DNA of 64,000 nt from a virus. Taxonomy: Duplodnaviria > Caudoviricetes. This document shows positions 37,240 through 47,069 of this stretch, one piece after another (the first letter of the stretch is position 1; each line of letters starts with the position of its first letter). The stretch is from positions 6,778 through 70,777 of the IMG/VR virus record IMGVR_UViG_3300042997_001465. The stretch is one strand, 5' to 3'. Under the pieces are notes generated by a model. That model did not search any database, was not told where the DNA came from, and saw only the letters and a list, made by a program, of their open reading frames with translations. The translations under genes and the position numbers were made by a program.

Positions 37240-39780
37240 AAACTTTTTTGCATTTTGAGAATCCGCCGATGCCATTTCCCACTTCAATGCACCATAGAAA
37301 TCATTTAATTTATTTTCTAATTCCGCTTTATAAATTCCATCTCTATCAACATATTGATTTATAAAATCTAAAATTTCTTTTGGGTCATTATAATCTCTAA
37401 ATGCAGCGGTTTCGATTCCTAATGGATTGCTTTTGAGATATACCCACTTAACTTTCTCACCATCTCTAATTGGTTCGTGTTTAAACGGACACTCAAAGAA
37501 TTTAAGTAATCGATTATAAGTGATTCCGGCCTTAACGTGCGCAGGTGTTCCTTTTTCAAAGTTAGCAATTGCCAACCCACTATCCTTTCTCCATTTACCT
37601 TTATCATATTTACTTAATTCTTTAATAGCTCCGCCTTTAGCGATTTTATTAATATGTAGGGTTGGTAAATTCTTTTTAAATTCTAAAAGTGATTCATTTA
37701 TCTCTTGATTCGTTTTACCCATTAGGATATCTTTTAACATCTGAGCCATAAAATCCTGAAACGCTTTGGGGAATGAGCTTCTAACTACGTCTAATCCTTT
37801 AACATCCAACTTATCACATGGTATTCCATTTTTCAAAATCATCCATTGTGCATATCGTTTCTTTGCTACCCAAAATCCAGCTTTACTAATATATTCTTTT
37901 TTAATCTCAAATCTATGTTTGTCTTTTGGAATACAAAAAAATCTTTCGGCTAATAGGTCATAAAACGAATTTAAAAATGCCTGCGTTTCATCTGCAATAA
38001 TATTTACTTCTTGCGCCATTCTATTTTGCTCAAACGTTTTATATTCCGGATATCTATGTTTCACCAATGGTTCGGCCATCATATAAATTGAGTCAGTATC
38101 AATATAAACATTATAATCTTCCTTTGTACCCAATTCTTTCTGATATTTGAGATTAGCCATCTCAGCGGTTTTCTTAATTACAGTTTGTCCAGTAATTGTA
38201 ACTGCCTCTGCGTTATCTATATCATAGAAACGGAATGCAACTAATCCCAATACACCATACATCGAATTTAAAAGAATCTTTTGTACTAATTGACGTTTGC
38301 CATAGAACTCATATTTTTCAGTATCACCCGCCTCTCCATACTTTTTTTCCAATTTTCTGAACTCAACTCTTTGTTTGAACCAATTATCCAAGATATCAGC
38401 AATCAAACCCGGTTTCTTTTGAGTGTATAATACTCCATTTGCAGCAACTCCCAATTGATTATCGGCAATAACTTCTTCTAATTCTTTTCGGTTATATGAA
38501 AATTCTTTTGTTTTCCCTACTATCGTATATTGCCTATCTTCTCCTCTAACCCAAGATTCAGGATTCCAATCGGCAATCTTACCAACCTTTGTTTCAGGAC
38601 TAATGTTTAAGGTCATAATGATTGATGGGTATAGGGATGTTAAATCCAAATCATATATCCAATCATACTTTCCAACGATGGGTTCTTTTACATATGCCCC
38701 AATGAATTTTTCTTCACCAGCTTCAGTTTGTTCTGCAAGTTTATCTTTGTGATTCTTTGGTTTATTTGGTGCTACTAATCCTTTCTTTTTAAGATAAGCC
38801 AAGCATGCTCCTTCTAAATACTTTGATGAAAAGATATAATCTTCATATGGAGTAAATCCGGAATGACAAATCGCTCTAGATAAATCTATAAATTGTAATT
38901 TCGCATCCATCTCTACTATCAATTCAACATCGACAATATTATACTCGATAAACTTTTCCAAATCATTTTCAAATAAGTCATCCAAACTTCCTTCATATTC
39001 AATCTTACCTCTGCCTAATTCTTTTGTTGCAATATGATTAAGTGTATATGAACTCTCTAATCCAAAGTTATAACGTTTATATAAACCAATATAATCCATA
39101 ATACTCACACCAGCAACGCTATAACGATTACGGTATGGTGACCAATATGTCTTACCTATACAAGAAAGACGACTTGCGTGTCTTTCACCACATACATTCT
39201 TAATACGATTGAAAAGATATGGAACGTCAAAGAAATCAATATTCCAACCCGTCCATATTGTTGGATTAACACCTTCGTAATAAGTTAGATATCCCATAAT
39301 AAGACCATGTTCATCATCATATACATGCATATGAACATCTCTACCATTTTTATTAAATGATTTACCTTTTACTTTTTGTTTCTTATCAACAACAAATACG
39401 TGATATTCTTTTGAAGCGTTGTCATATGCCGCGATTGAAGTAATTTCATTTTCGGCTTTTTCAATACTTGGAAGTCCTGTTATCATTTCTACCTCGATAT
39501 CAAATGTTAAAACGATATGCCCTTTTGATGGCACATCATCGCCATATAGGTCAACTAAAACTCTAGTAGTTTCAGGTACATCTGATTCAAACAGTTCTTC
39601 TCCACTATCCTTTTCCCATTTAAACACTTTGGTTAATTTATCACCATACATCGATTGATGTTGGCCGTTAGGGTCTTTAACATAAGCATATCTCTGATAT
39701 GGAAATGTGCGATACCCTAACGTGTCATCCCATAGGTGTATTAAATTTTTTTGTCTTTCGAAAAATATGTTTTGGTACAT
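37228..39780 (-). CDS. family B DNA polymerase (T4 gp43-like)
   Basis: Exo FDIE, GWNIDFFD, YNIVD; pol DLTSLYPS, KILLNSMYG, YIDTDS, KKRY. Confidence 0.95.
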   Translation of the reverse strand: MYQNIFFERQKNLIHLWDDTLGYRTFPYQRYAYVKDPNGQHQSMYGDKLTKVFKWEKDSGEELFESDVPETTRVLVDLYGDDVPSKGHIVLTFDIEVEMITGLPSIEKAENEITSIAAYDNASKEYHVFVVDKKQKVKGKSFNKNGRDVHMHVYDDEHGLIMGYLTYYEGVNPTIWTGWNIDFFDVPYLFNRIKNVCGERHASRLSCIGKTYWSPYRNRYSVAGVSIMDYIGLYKRYNFGLESSYTLNHIATKELGRGKIEYEGSLDDLFENDLEKFIEYNIVDVELIVEMDAKLQFIDLSRAICHSGFTPYEDYIFSSKYLEGACLAYLKKKGLVAPNKPKNHKDKLAEQTEAGEEKFIGAYVKEPIVGKYDWIYDLDLTSLYPSIIMTLNISPETKVGKIADWNPESWVRGEDRQYTIVGKTKEFSYNRKELEEVIADNQLGVAANGVLYTQKKPGLIADILDNWFKQRVEFRKLEKKYGEAGDTEKYEFYGKRQLVQKILLNSMYGVLGLVAFRFYDIDNAEAVTITGQTVIKKTAEMANLKYQKELGTKEDYNVYIDTDSIYMMAEPLVKHRYPEYKTFEQNRMAQEVNIIADETQAFLNSFYDLLAERFFCIPKDKHRFEIKKEYISKAGFWVAKKRYAQWMILKNGIPCDKLDVKGLDVVRSSFPKAFQDFMAQMLKDILMGKTNQEINESLLEFKKNLPTLHINKIAKGGAIKELSKYDKGKWRKDSGLAIANFEKGTPAHVKAGITYNRLLKFFECPFKHEPIRDGEKVKWVYLKSNPLGIETAAFRDYNDPKEILDFINQYVDRDGIYKAELENKLNDFYGALKWEMASADSQNAKKFFEF

Positions 39781-41351
39781 TATGGCTTATAAAATATAAA
39801 AATTGGTTCGTATTTGTAAAATTGTCCTTCTATCTGCATGCTATTCTTTGCCTTTGATAAATCCATTCCGGTCATTGGACTCATTGTCATTCTTAGTTTT
39901 CCTTTGTATTCACATCCTAAACTTGTAAGAATATCAATACTATCCTGTTCTAACGGATAAAACTTATCGGGCCCTACTTTGATATCTGCAATATTCCAGC
40001 AAATATATCTGTCATTGCGAAGATACTCATATATAGTTTCAAGTGTTGGTCTTAAAAAACCATCTCTCCAACTTTCATAGTTTCCGAATTTCTTAAATGA
40101 CTGAGAGTCATCATCGGAATATCGTTCTCTATCAAAGTACGGTGGTGAAGTAAATGCAAAATCTAGTTTTCCTTTATACTTTTGAAATCTAACTTCATCT
40201 TTGATTACTTCAGAACCGGTTGTAAATATTTCGTATGTGTTTGCGTGTCCCCAAAATGCGTTTGCCGCACCAGGTACTTTATTGTTAAAGAATTCTGCCA
40301 AATACTCATATCTACTCTTTCCAATTTCTTCAATCCAGTTTTCAGTATTGGGGTCATTTCCTATGTAATGTATATTTCTATCATCCACACTCAATGCTCC
40401 CAATATTCTACCACCCCAACCCGCTGATGGGTCATATATGTTGATTACATCCTGTTCTTTGATGTGTTGAGTGAATCTTTGGTATAGATACTTTGCAGTC
40501 AATGGTGGAAAGTTTACAACAGCTTGTGTTCCCATTCCAATACGAAATGCAGCAGTTGCTTCTGGAAATATTCGTTGTCCTAATGGATATATTTTAATTT
40601 GAATTGGTTGTTTTGGTACATCCACTAAATTATCAATATTTTCTCCCCAATCAGCGGTTTTTAATGAAGATATGTTTTCATATTTCAATATACCGGCATT
40701 ATACAGGTCTCTAACCTCTTGTGCAGTAATTGGTGGTGATGGAACTTTACTATCTGCTTGTGAAAGGCAAAATCCATAACCCTCTTTCTTATTACCAGCT
40801 ACCCATTTTTCAATCCACTCTTTGCCACTTTGGATATGTGAGTTATGAAATTCAGGATTATCCAAATGCAATGTTTTAGAAAAACGATACATACCGTCTT
40901 GCCTAGTCAATCGTCTCATTTGTTTAATAAACTCTGACAAATATAAATCATCCGAAAACACATCATATATGGATGGCTTTGGTTTATCATATGCACTTCC
41001 ACCGATTCCGGTTTTATACATAGCTGGAAAAAATTGATTTACCGGTGTTGCAAATTTATTGAAGTTAAAGATGACTTCGTTTCCGTCATCATCTTTTTCT
41101 TCAAATTTATTTACTTTATAAGTTTGTAACTTTGAAAATTGTTCAATCATTTCTGATTCATCTACTCCAATTCTAGGTGGTGCACCGGTCTCGTTCCACT
41201 TTCGTACAGCCAGCTCTCTAAAAAATGCCACCCACTTTTCAAAATCGGCGAATGGCATTTTGAGAACATCTTCATACAATAAGTTTACTTTTGGTTCGTA
41301 CAACCATTCATTCTTTTCGTAGAAATATTTTTTTTCGTAATTAAAACTCAT
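39780..41351 (-). CDS. SPPY-type amino-methyltransferase, paralogue 3
   Basis: YDPSAGWGGR (motif I), FTSPPYF (motif IV), WNIAD; long N-terminal region. Confidence 0.85.
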   Translation of the reverse strand: MSFNYEKKYFYEKNEWLYEPKVNLLYEDVLKMPFADFEKWVAFFRELAVRKWNETGAPPRIGVDESEMIEQFSKLQTYKVNKFEEKDDDGNEVIFNFNKFATPVNQFFPAMYKTGIGGSAYDKPKPSIYDVFSDDLYLSEFIKQMRRLTRQDGMYRFSKTLHLDNPEFHNSHIQSGKEWIEKWVAGNKKEGYGFCLSQADSKVPSPPITAQEVRDLYNAGILKYENISSLKTADWGENIDNLVDVPKQPIQIKIYPLGQRIFPEATAAFRIGMGTQAVVNFPPLTAKYLYQRFTQHIKEQDVINIYDPSAGWGGRILGALSVDDRNIHYIGNDPNTENWIEEIGKSRYEYLAEFFNNKVPGAANAFWGHANTYEIFTTGSEVIKDEVRFQKYKGKLDFAFTSPPYFDRERYSDDDSQSFKKFGNYESWRDGFLRPTLETIYEYLRNDRYICWNIADIKVGPDKFYPLEQDSIDILTSLGCEYKGKLRMTMSPMTGMDLSKAKNSMQIEGQFYKYEPIFIFYKP

Positions 41352-42070
41352 TAGGCGCTTAATTGTTGTTCTACTAAGAAATATTTTGCAACAAAATCAT
41401 CAACTTTAAATTCAACATGCGAAATACCTTGTGTTGATACTTTTAATACCACCGAAGTAGCTTCTTTGTTTGCAGTTAAAATTTCTTTTAGATATTTTGC
41501 TGAGAACGATATTGGTTTAACTTCAACGTCATATGCATCGTTTACTACAAACGTAACTCTAGTTGCATTGATATTTGAATATCCCAAAACAACGTTTAAT
41601 TGCTTCTTCTCAGTTAAAACGGTAAACGTATCAACTTCACTCAATGCGTTTTTAGCTTTAATGAACTTATCAATAAATGCACCATCGAAGTTGATTTCAA
41701 TATCAAACTCTGGTAATTTTTTCAAATCTGGTACATTTGGGATAACTGCTAAATCTGCCAATGGGAATTGGAATTTTGTAGAACCATTTTTAACAAAAAG
41801 ATTTACAGCTTTGTTTTCAATTTGTTGAACATCTAATTCAATATCTTCTCCAACTACTGAAAGTAGCTTTGATAATTGAGATGTTGTGTACACTCCTAAA
41901 TCAGGTGCACTAAATGCGAAATTATCTAATTGTATTTCACCTAATACAGTCTTGTCATCGGATATAAAACGAGTAACTAATTTGTTATCTTCTGTTTTCC
42001 ATGTAACCGATTCTACCAATCCACCCAAACTGTACTTTTGGATGAACCTTGTTAATTTTGCTTTGTTCAT
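41351..42070 (-). CDS. sliding clamp (gp45-like)
   Basis: 239 aa, two-domain beta/alpha pattern; position next to PolB and loader. Confidence 0.7.
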   Translation of the reverse strand: MNKAKLTRFIQKYSLGGLVESVTWKTEDNKLVTRFISDDKTVLGEIQLDNFAFSAPDLGVYTTSQLSKLLSVVGEDIELDVQQIENKAVNLFVKNGSTKFQFPLADLAVIPNVPDLKKLPEFDIEINFDGAFIDKFIKAKNALSEVDTFTVLTEKKQLNVVLGYSNINATRVTFVVNDAYDVEVKPISFSAKYLKEILTANKEATSVVLKVSTQGISHVEFKVDDFVAKYFLVEQQLSA

Positions 42071-42101
42071 TGTGTTTATTTTAAATTTTAAATTGTTACT
42101 A

Positions 42102-42133
42102 CAAATATACGATAATTATTTTAAATTACCAAA
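42102..42133 (-). promoter_or_regulatory. Bacteroidota-type sigma70 promoter
   Basis: TTTG, 20-nt spacer, TATATTTG upstream of the clamp gene. Confidence 0.8.
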
Positions 42134-42134
42134 T

Positions 42135-43349
42135 TTATTTTTCCCAAACCCATATTGGTTCTCCAAATGCGTGGTTTTTGGTTTCTTCGGCTTTTTCTTT
42201 CAATTCATCCGAATAATATTCCGATACAGCCATCCCAGCACCCCCACTATTGGGTCTTTTTGTCATTTCCATACCTATACACCCTTTATAAGTTAATCCC
42301 TTAGATTGAAGGAAATCGTTCATAGAATTGGTTATATCCACATACCCCTTATCCGGTGCGGAAAATACATCCGCTATATTAACTGCAAGTATTCCACCTT
42401 TCTTAAGTGTAGGTATAATTTTTTCTAAAGTTGCATGAAAGAATCCTTTATTCCAATCATCAAACTTCTTATATCTAACCCAACTCTGTGTATCATCTAA
42501 GCTATATTTTTCCGTATTGAAGTATGGTGGCGATGTAAAGATTGTATCAAAAAAGTTTTCATATTCCGAATAATCCACATCTTCAGCTGCCATTTCTAAC
42601 ATTTTTGCATCCTTATCATCTTCAAAAAATGTTTTATGTTTTTTATAAAATTGTATTTGTTTTTCGTAGTTAGCGTGATTGTTACTATTCGGGTCAATTC
42701 CTAAATAGAATTTTGTTGTTTCGCCTGCAAAAAAACCACACAATCTATCACCCCATCCAGCAGAAAAATCTAATACATTTTCACTTTGAAATTTATCATA
42801 GAAAGCTTTTGCAATAACCGGTTTAAATTGAGATGCTACATATTTTCGTAAAACGGTTGCCATCCTTAATGTTTCCTGATTTACCTCTAATAACATTTTA
42901 TCTAAAGTAAAATACGCTCTTACTATTGTTTTAATACCATCTACTGTTTGCCATGCTTTCCAACCAGAAGGAGTTCTCACCCAATCAACTTTCCAACGAG
43001 TTTCAATGTGAAATGGATTTGATGCATTATTACCAACATTTGTTCTTTTAAAATAATAATTACTATTATCGTATGTAAGTGGATAGTTTGATACTCTTTC
43101 ATTTCTAGGAAACCACTTGCCTTCAATTAATATATCCGGCCACCAAGTTCCTTTTAATTTTTTATACGCATCAATTGTATCTTGTTCCGTTATAATTGGT
43201 ATTGGAGCGGGATATGTATGTAATACTTCTGATAGTTCGTTTACAATCTCCTCTTTAGTATATGTTTTTATAATATCTTGCCACTCATCTTTATTTATAT
43301 AAAGATATGGTTTCATATTATAAAACTTTTTAAAATGTTCTTTTATCAT
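42135..43349 (-). CDS. SPPY-type amino-methyltransferase, paralogue 2
   Basis: LDFSAGWGDR, FTSPPYF, VNIAD; start at 43349 forms ATGA overlap with paralogue 1. Confidence 0.85.
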   Translation of the reverse strand: MIKEHFKKFYNMKPYLYINKDEWQDIIKTYTKEEIVNELSEVLHTYPAPIPIITEQDTIDAYKKLKGTWWPDILIEGKWFPRNERVSNYPLTYDNSNYYFKRTNVGNNASNPFHIETRWKVDWVRTPSGWKAWQTVDGIKTIVRAYFTLDKMLLEVNQETLRMATVLRKYVASQFKPVIAKAFYDKFQSENVLDFSAGWGDRLCGFFAGETTKFYLGIDPNSNNHANYEKQIQFYKKHKTFFEDDKDAKMLEMAAEDVDYSEYENFFDTIFTSPPYFNTEKYSLDDTQSWVRYKKFDDWNKGFFHATLEKIIPTLKKGGILAVNIADVFSAPDKGYVDITNSMNDFLQSKGLTYKGCIGMEMTKRPNSGGAGMAVSEYYSDELKEKAEETKNHAFGEPIWVWEK

Positions 43350-44575
43350 AATTTTTTCCAAATCCAAATGGGTTCACAAAATGTTTTATCGCCGGCCTCA
43401 GCGGCTTTTGCTAATGCTTCTTCACTAAATCTACTTTCATCACCTTCTATAATAGAAGCCGCACCTGCACTACCTGGTCTTTTAGCCATCTCCATACCCA
43501 AACATCCTTCGTATTCCGCTCCCAATGTTTTTATAAAATCATTCATTGGATTACATATTTCTTTATATCCTTTACCATCACCTTTTGAACTTGCATAAAC
43601 ATCTGCTATATTAATAGCCAATATTCCACCTTTCTTAATTGTAGGCCAAACATTTGCAATTGTTTTATGAAGAAATTGTTTATTCCATGCATCTATGTTT
43701 TTGTATCTTACCCAACTCTGTGTATCATCATAAGAATATCTTTCCACGTTAAAATATGGTGGTGAACTAAATACAATATCAAAGTGGTTTTCATATATTG
43801 ATAAATCCGCGTCTTCGGCAGGTGATTCGATAAAATCTGCCTTCTTATCGGTTTCAAAAAAACTATTATGTTTTGTATAAAATTGAGCCTGTTGATTATA
43901 AATTGGATGGTTTTCTTTTCTAGGGTCGATACCTACATAATGTTCTCCGAATTCAGATGCAAAGAAGCCACATAATCTATCACCCCATCCCGCTGATATA
44001 TCTAATACATTCTTAGCTTCGTAAAAATCATATAGAACTTTTGCAGCATTTGGTTTAAATTGTGAACATATGTACTTTCGTAATGATAAACATACTCTTA
44101 ATTGGTTTCTACCAACTTCATCAAATTTAAGAGTGTATAATCCACCCATAAGAGTTGTCATAAATTCTTTACTTGCCCAAGTCCTTTTTGGACCAGGTGA
44201 TACTGTACCATCTACACTCCAACGGTTTGCTTGTTGAAAGTGATTTGATGAATCATTCCCTGTATTTAATCTACGAATGTATTGTGGTTTTCCTTTAAAA
44301 TCTAAAGAATATCTAAATTCCGATGCTTTTCTAGGAAACCATTCACCTTCGGTAAATAATTCATTCCAACGTATTCCTTTTAATGCCAAATATTCTTTTC
44401 TAGCATCATCCTCACTTATATCTGCATAAGGAAGTGGATATTCCATACAAATTGTTGCCAATGAATCTTTAACATCATCTCTATTAAAGGTGGATTTAAT
44501 ATGTTTCCACTCTTGTGAGCTAATATGAAGGTATGGTTGCATACCTTTGAACTTATCAAAATAATCTAAATACAT
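43346..44575 (-). CDS. SPPY-type amino-methyltransferase, paralogue 1
   Basis: LDISAGWGDR, FSSPPYF, INIAD. Confidence 0.85.
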   Translation of the reverse strand: MYLDYFDKFKGMQPYLHISSQEWKHIKSTFNRDDVKDSLATICMEYPLPYADISEDDARKEYLALKGIRWNELFTEGEWFPRKASEFRYSLDFKGKPQYIRRLNTGNDSSNHFQQANRWSVDGTVSPGPKRTWASKEFMTTLMGGLYTLKFDEVGRNQLRVCLSLRKYICSQFKPNAAKVLYDFYEAKNVLDISAGWGDRLCGFFASEFGEHYVGIDPRKENHPIYNQQAQFYTKHNSFFETDKKADFIESPAEDADLSIYENHFDIVFSSPPYFNVERYSYDDTQSWVRYKNIDAWNKQFLHKTIANVWPTIKKGGILAINIADVYASSKGDGKGYKEICNPMNDFIKTLGAEYEGCLGMEMAKRPGSAGAASIIEGDESRFSEEALAKAAEAGDKTFCEPIWIWKKL

Positions 44576-45087
44576 ACTGTTTCTATATTTTTATCGGCAA
44601 CTAGTCTTAGTCTGAAAACTATACCATTAATAATACCATCGGTTTTACTGGTCCAACTTATATCACTATCTTTTACAAAACCATATCGTTCATAAAATAA
44701 TACAGCTCTATAATTGAATGCTCTAACGGTTAAAAATAGATTTTCTGCATGAACTGATTTACAATATTCCACAAATTCATCCAATACTTCTTTAGAAGAA
44801 TTTGATTTAGAATGATTGGTTGCAATTTGATGAAGAATAAAATCTCCTTTCTTTTTATATGTAGTTGCATTTCTGCTCATTCTACCATGTGATTTATATC
44901 TACCAAAAGTGATAACAACGCCATCTTGCAGTATCATTCCACCTTTTTCAATATATTTCTCCAACTTAAAACCCTGTTTATGAAGGTGTGGAAATATTTC
45001 TGGGTACAAATCTATGATAGAAGATGCTTGATTTACCGCTTCTATCATTTCAGCCGAACCCCTTTCTGCTTTTACAAAATTAAGCAT
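44566..45087 (-). CDS. GNAT-family acetyltransferase
   Basis: ILHQIA, LTVRAFNYRAVLFYERYGF (GNAT motif B); overlaps both neighbours. Confidence 0.8.
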   Translation of the reverse strand: MLNFVKAERGSAEMIEAVNQASSIIDLYPEIFPHLHKQGFKLEKYIEKGGMILQDGVVITFGRYKSHGRMSRNATTYKKKGDFILHQIATNHSKSNSSKEVLDEFVEYCKSVHAENLFLTVRAFNYRAVLFYERYGFVKDSDISWTSKTDGIINGIVFRLRLVADKNIETVCI

Positions 45088-46537
45088 TTTTAAAAAATTT
45101 ATTTTGGTTTATTTGGTCTTTATACAAAGATATGGATTTTAATTGAGATTTCAAAATATCTTTTCTGGCTTCCATCATATCACCGGTTCTACATCCTTTA
45201 GCGAAATATACTTTAGGTCTATATAATAGTTCATCGGAAATCTCTCCTTTAAAAGCTGCTCTTAATAAAGGTTTCATATGATTATTTTCTTTCTGATATA
45301 AAGGTGGTATGTTCAATGTATATTCTACAAAGGGTCTCCAACTATACGGTGTTCGTACTTCAACGGTACCACCCCACATTATGGATTGGTTGGTAGTTAA
45401 GAAGTTTGTTTTATGAACATCCTCTACTAATTTTCTTCTAGCTTTATCATAATCTTCCGGTCTCCAATGGAACGCCTGAATGTGTCCATAACTACCCCAT
45501 ATTTCATCTGAAAGGTCACCACTAAAGACAACTTTAAATCCCAATTCATTAATCTTTTTAGATAACGCAATTTGAGCTATTGCTGAGCCTACGTTTTGCC
45601 ATCTACTTTGTTCAATAACATAAAGTGTTTCATTGATTGAATCTTCAACATCTTTCTCAGTTAGAATAATTTCATGTAGTTTTACACCAAATTCTTTTGC
45701 AGCAATTCTAGCATATTTTATATCATCATTCTTAGTATCACCGTCTCCCATTGAAACCACAAATGCTTCAATATTAGGGTTTATCTTTGAAAGTATGTAA
45801 GTTGTTATCACCGAATCAATACCCCCACTCAAAATGGTGCAGATTGGAACGTCAGATACCATTTTTACTTTAACCGCTTCTTCCAACATTTTTCTAATAT
45901 TCTTAACAATAGTTTCTCTATCATCATTTATTATTTCATTTGGAAGTTTATAATATGTTACGGTATTATGTTCTAATGTTTTATAGTTGTAATCTAAGAA
46001 TGTACCTGGATAAATTGCCTTTATTTGTTTTTCATATAAATCTGAAATTGGCAATCCTTTCTTTTCCGAACAAAATACTAATTTACCATCGTTATCAATT
46101 GCATACCATAATGGCAATTCTCCAACATAATCTCTAACAACAATTATTTTATTAATTTTAGTATCAACTATTGCAAATGAGAACATCCCATCCAAATCTT
46201 TGAATGAATCAGTTCCAAATTCACAATAAGCATTAAGAATTATTTCAGTATCAGATTTTGTTTTAAATGGAATTGTAATTTTATCTTTTAATTCTTTTGT
46301 GTAATTACTACCCCACAACTCTCCATTATATACAATACACACAGTCTTGTCACCATTCCACATTGGTTGGTTTGCTGTTGAAGATAAATCTTGAATTGAA
46401 AGACGATTGTGTCCAACAAAGACACTGTCTATCTCGTCTACAATAGAAGCATCTCTGCCTCTATGAATTATTTTTTGTAAATGGGTATGGGTCTGCTTAC
46501 TAGAAGTAAACCAATTACCGCCTATTATTCCACACAT
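45080..46537 (-). CDS. asparagine-synthetase-B-like glutamine amidotransferase
   Basis: N-terminal MCGI (Ntn Cys), HRG.D, HNRLSI, QPM, NGE, LSGGIDS, SGD.SDE..GSY. Confidence 0.9.
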   Translation of the reverse strand: MCGIIGGNWFTSSKQTHTHLQKIIHRGRDASIVDEIDSVFVGHNRLSIQDLSSTANQPMWNGDKTVCIVYNGELWGSNYTKELKDKITIPFKTKSDTEIILNAYCEFGTDSFKDLDGMFSFAIVDTKINKIIVVRDYVGELPLWYAIDNDGKLVFCSEKKGLPISDLYEKQIKAIYPGTFLDYNYKTLEHNTVTYYKLPNEIINDDRETIVKNIRKMLEEAVKVKMVSDVPICTILSGGIDSVITTYILSKINPNIEAFVVSMGDGDTKNDDIKYARIAAKEFGVKLHEIILTEKDVEDSINETLYVIEQSRWQNVGSAIAQIALSKKINELGFKVVFSGDLSDEIWGSYGHIQAFHWRPEDYDKARRKLVEDVHKTNFLTTNQSIMWGGTVEVRTPYSWRPFVEYTLNIPPLYQKENNHMKPLLRAAFKGEISDELLYRPKVYFAKGCRTGDMMEARKDILKSQLKSISLYKDQINQNKFFKNA

Positions 46538-46541
46538 ATAA

Positions 46542-46573
46542 CAAATTTACGAAACTTTTTTGATATTACCAAA
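46542..46573 (-). promoter_or_regulatory. Bacteroidota-type sigma70 promoter abutting the AsnB-like ATG
   Basis: TTTG (46573-46570), 20-nt spacer, TAAATTTG (46549-46542); ATG 5 nt downstream. Confidence 0.75.
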
Positions 46574-46574
46574 T

Positions 46575-46844
46575 CTATTTTATTGCCTCATTGATAGCAT
46601 TTGTATATGCTATCTTAGAAGTTAATCCTTGAAATCTTTCAACAACTACACCATCCTTCTCAACAATTACTAATGGAATAGATGTAACACTATATTGTTG
46701 TGCTTCTTCAGGTGAATTATCAACATCATATTCAATGAATGTTGCTTTACCATTGAAATCATTTTTTAAACCTTCCAATACTGGTTGTAATGCCCTACAA
46801 GGTCCACACCATACTGCTCCAAATTTTTTAACTACTACACTCAT
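46575..46844 (-). CDS. trxA: thioredoxin
   Basis: WCGPC active site; cis-Pro motif SIP. Confidence 0.92.
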   Translation of the reverse strand: MSVVVKKFGAVWCGPCRALQPVLEGLKNDFNGKATFIEYDVDNSPEEAQQYSVTSIPLVIVEKDGVVVERFQGLTSKIAYTNAINEAIK

Positions 46845-47028
46845 CTTTTTTTGTTTTATATTGTTTTTCTAATTCTATGTTTCCTTTTATGTGATTTGGT
46901 TCATAAGGACAGTGTCTACAACCGCTACCACAACAATATCCACGTTCTATGTGATAATTGGGTGTAAACACTACCTTACTACCTTCAAAATAATATAAGC
47001 CTTTATCTATTTGTTCGAATTGGGGCAT
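46828..47028 (-). CDS. small Cys-rich protein (DUF5522-like)
   Basis: RGYCCGSGCRHCPY. Confidence 0.75.
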   Translation of the reverse strand: MPQFEQIDKGLYYFEGSKVVFTPNYHIERGYCCGSGCRHCPYEPNHIKGNIELEKQYKTKKDECSS

Positions 47029-47069
47029 ATATTGAGTTTATTATATTTTGAACCAAATTATCGTGCATC

